Shown: piece by piece, positions 31,903-32,000 of the stretch | Layout: the number at the start of each line of letters is the position of its first letter | Position numbering within the stretch: the first letter of the stretch is position 1 | NCBI GenBank assembly: GCA_963675915.1 | Contig: OY780959.1 | Span: 930,001 to 962,000 of the forward strand | DNA length: 32,000 bases | Origin: Coprobacillaceae bacterium | GTDB lineage: Bacteria > Bacillota_I > Bacilli_A > Erysipelotrichales > Coprobacillaceae | Direction: 5' to 3' | Notes under the pieces: model-generated | Databases searched by the model: none | Told to the model about the DNA's origin: nothing | Seen by the model: only the letters and a program-made list of their open reading frames with translations | Program-made: the position numbers and the translations under genes

Positions 31903-32000
31903 CATTTGCAGTCGCTCAAGTTTGGCGGCCAGTTTATGTTCGAAATCATCGATATTATCTTCGAGAAAGTCATCCATTTCCGTTTTGGTCAGATACCGAT
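31894..32000 (-). CDS. 3' end (34 codons plus stop) of an unidentified convergent gene
   Basis: The minus strand stays open to the window edge: ...RYLTKTEMDDFLEDNIDDFEHKLAAKLERLQMKK*. The stop sits inside the terminator stem. The fragment is too short to assign. Confidence 0.3.
   Translation of the reverse strand, partial: RYLTKTEMDDFLEDNIDDFEHKLAAKLERLQMKK

Noticed and set aside
1-32000. Mobile elements, CRISPR arrays, prophage or defence-system genes, and tRNA/rRNA genes
   Set aside because: No transposase, integrase or recombinase-like ORFs are present. There are no regularly spaced repeat arrays, no long terminal inverted repeats, and no tRNA-like or rRNA-like segments. All large ORFs have metabolic, transport or envelope assignments.

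Overview
The window looks like a chromosomal segment from a low-GC, Gram-positive-type (Bacillota-like) bacterium. This is inferred from TTGACA/TATAAT promoters, GGAGG ribosome-binding sites, hairpin plus T-run terminators, a lipoprotein signal peptide and an FMN riboswitch. Fe-S and flavoprotein genes hint at an anaerobe. Genes run almost entirely on the minus strand up to about 25.3 kb. I saw no rRNA or tRNA genes, CRISPR arrays, transposases or phage genes. Contents, left to right:

1. A CysK/MccA-like plus MetC/MccB-like pair, then an Rrf2 regulator overlapping a cysteine desulfurase.
2. A polar amino-acid (cystine-type) ABC transporter operon that ends in a short transcarbamylase-fold gene with altered motifs.
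3. An MFS transporter with two tandem M20D amidohydrolases.
4. A translationally coupled aminotransferase and D-2-hydroxyacid dehydrogenase, divergent from a LysR regulator.
5. An iron-sulfur flavoprotein and a DUF362/2x[4Fe-4S] protein.
6. A complete ribD-ribE-ribBA-ribH operon behind a textbook FMN riboswitch.
7. Two diverged PatB/MalY-type C-S lyase paralogs bracketing two GNAT acetyltransferases.
8. A PAT-type acetyltransferase with an EamA exporter, divergent from a third M20D amidohydrolase.
9. A membrane-anchored EAL protein with a degenerate GGDEF domain, coupled to a small membrane protein.
10. An OpgB/LtaS-like phosphoglycerol transferase and an acyltransferase-3 protein.

The most interesting reading is that bases 1-26400 form a large island for salvage or detoxification of sulfur amino acids. 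It is built from GNAT, M20D deacylase, C-S lyase and transporter modules, has no visible oxygenase, and has the riboflavin operon embedded in it. All family calls rest on motifs read by eye. No database search was possible.
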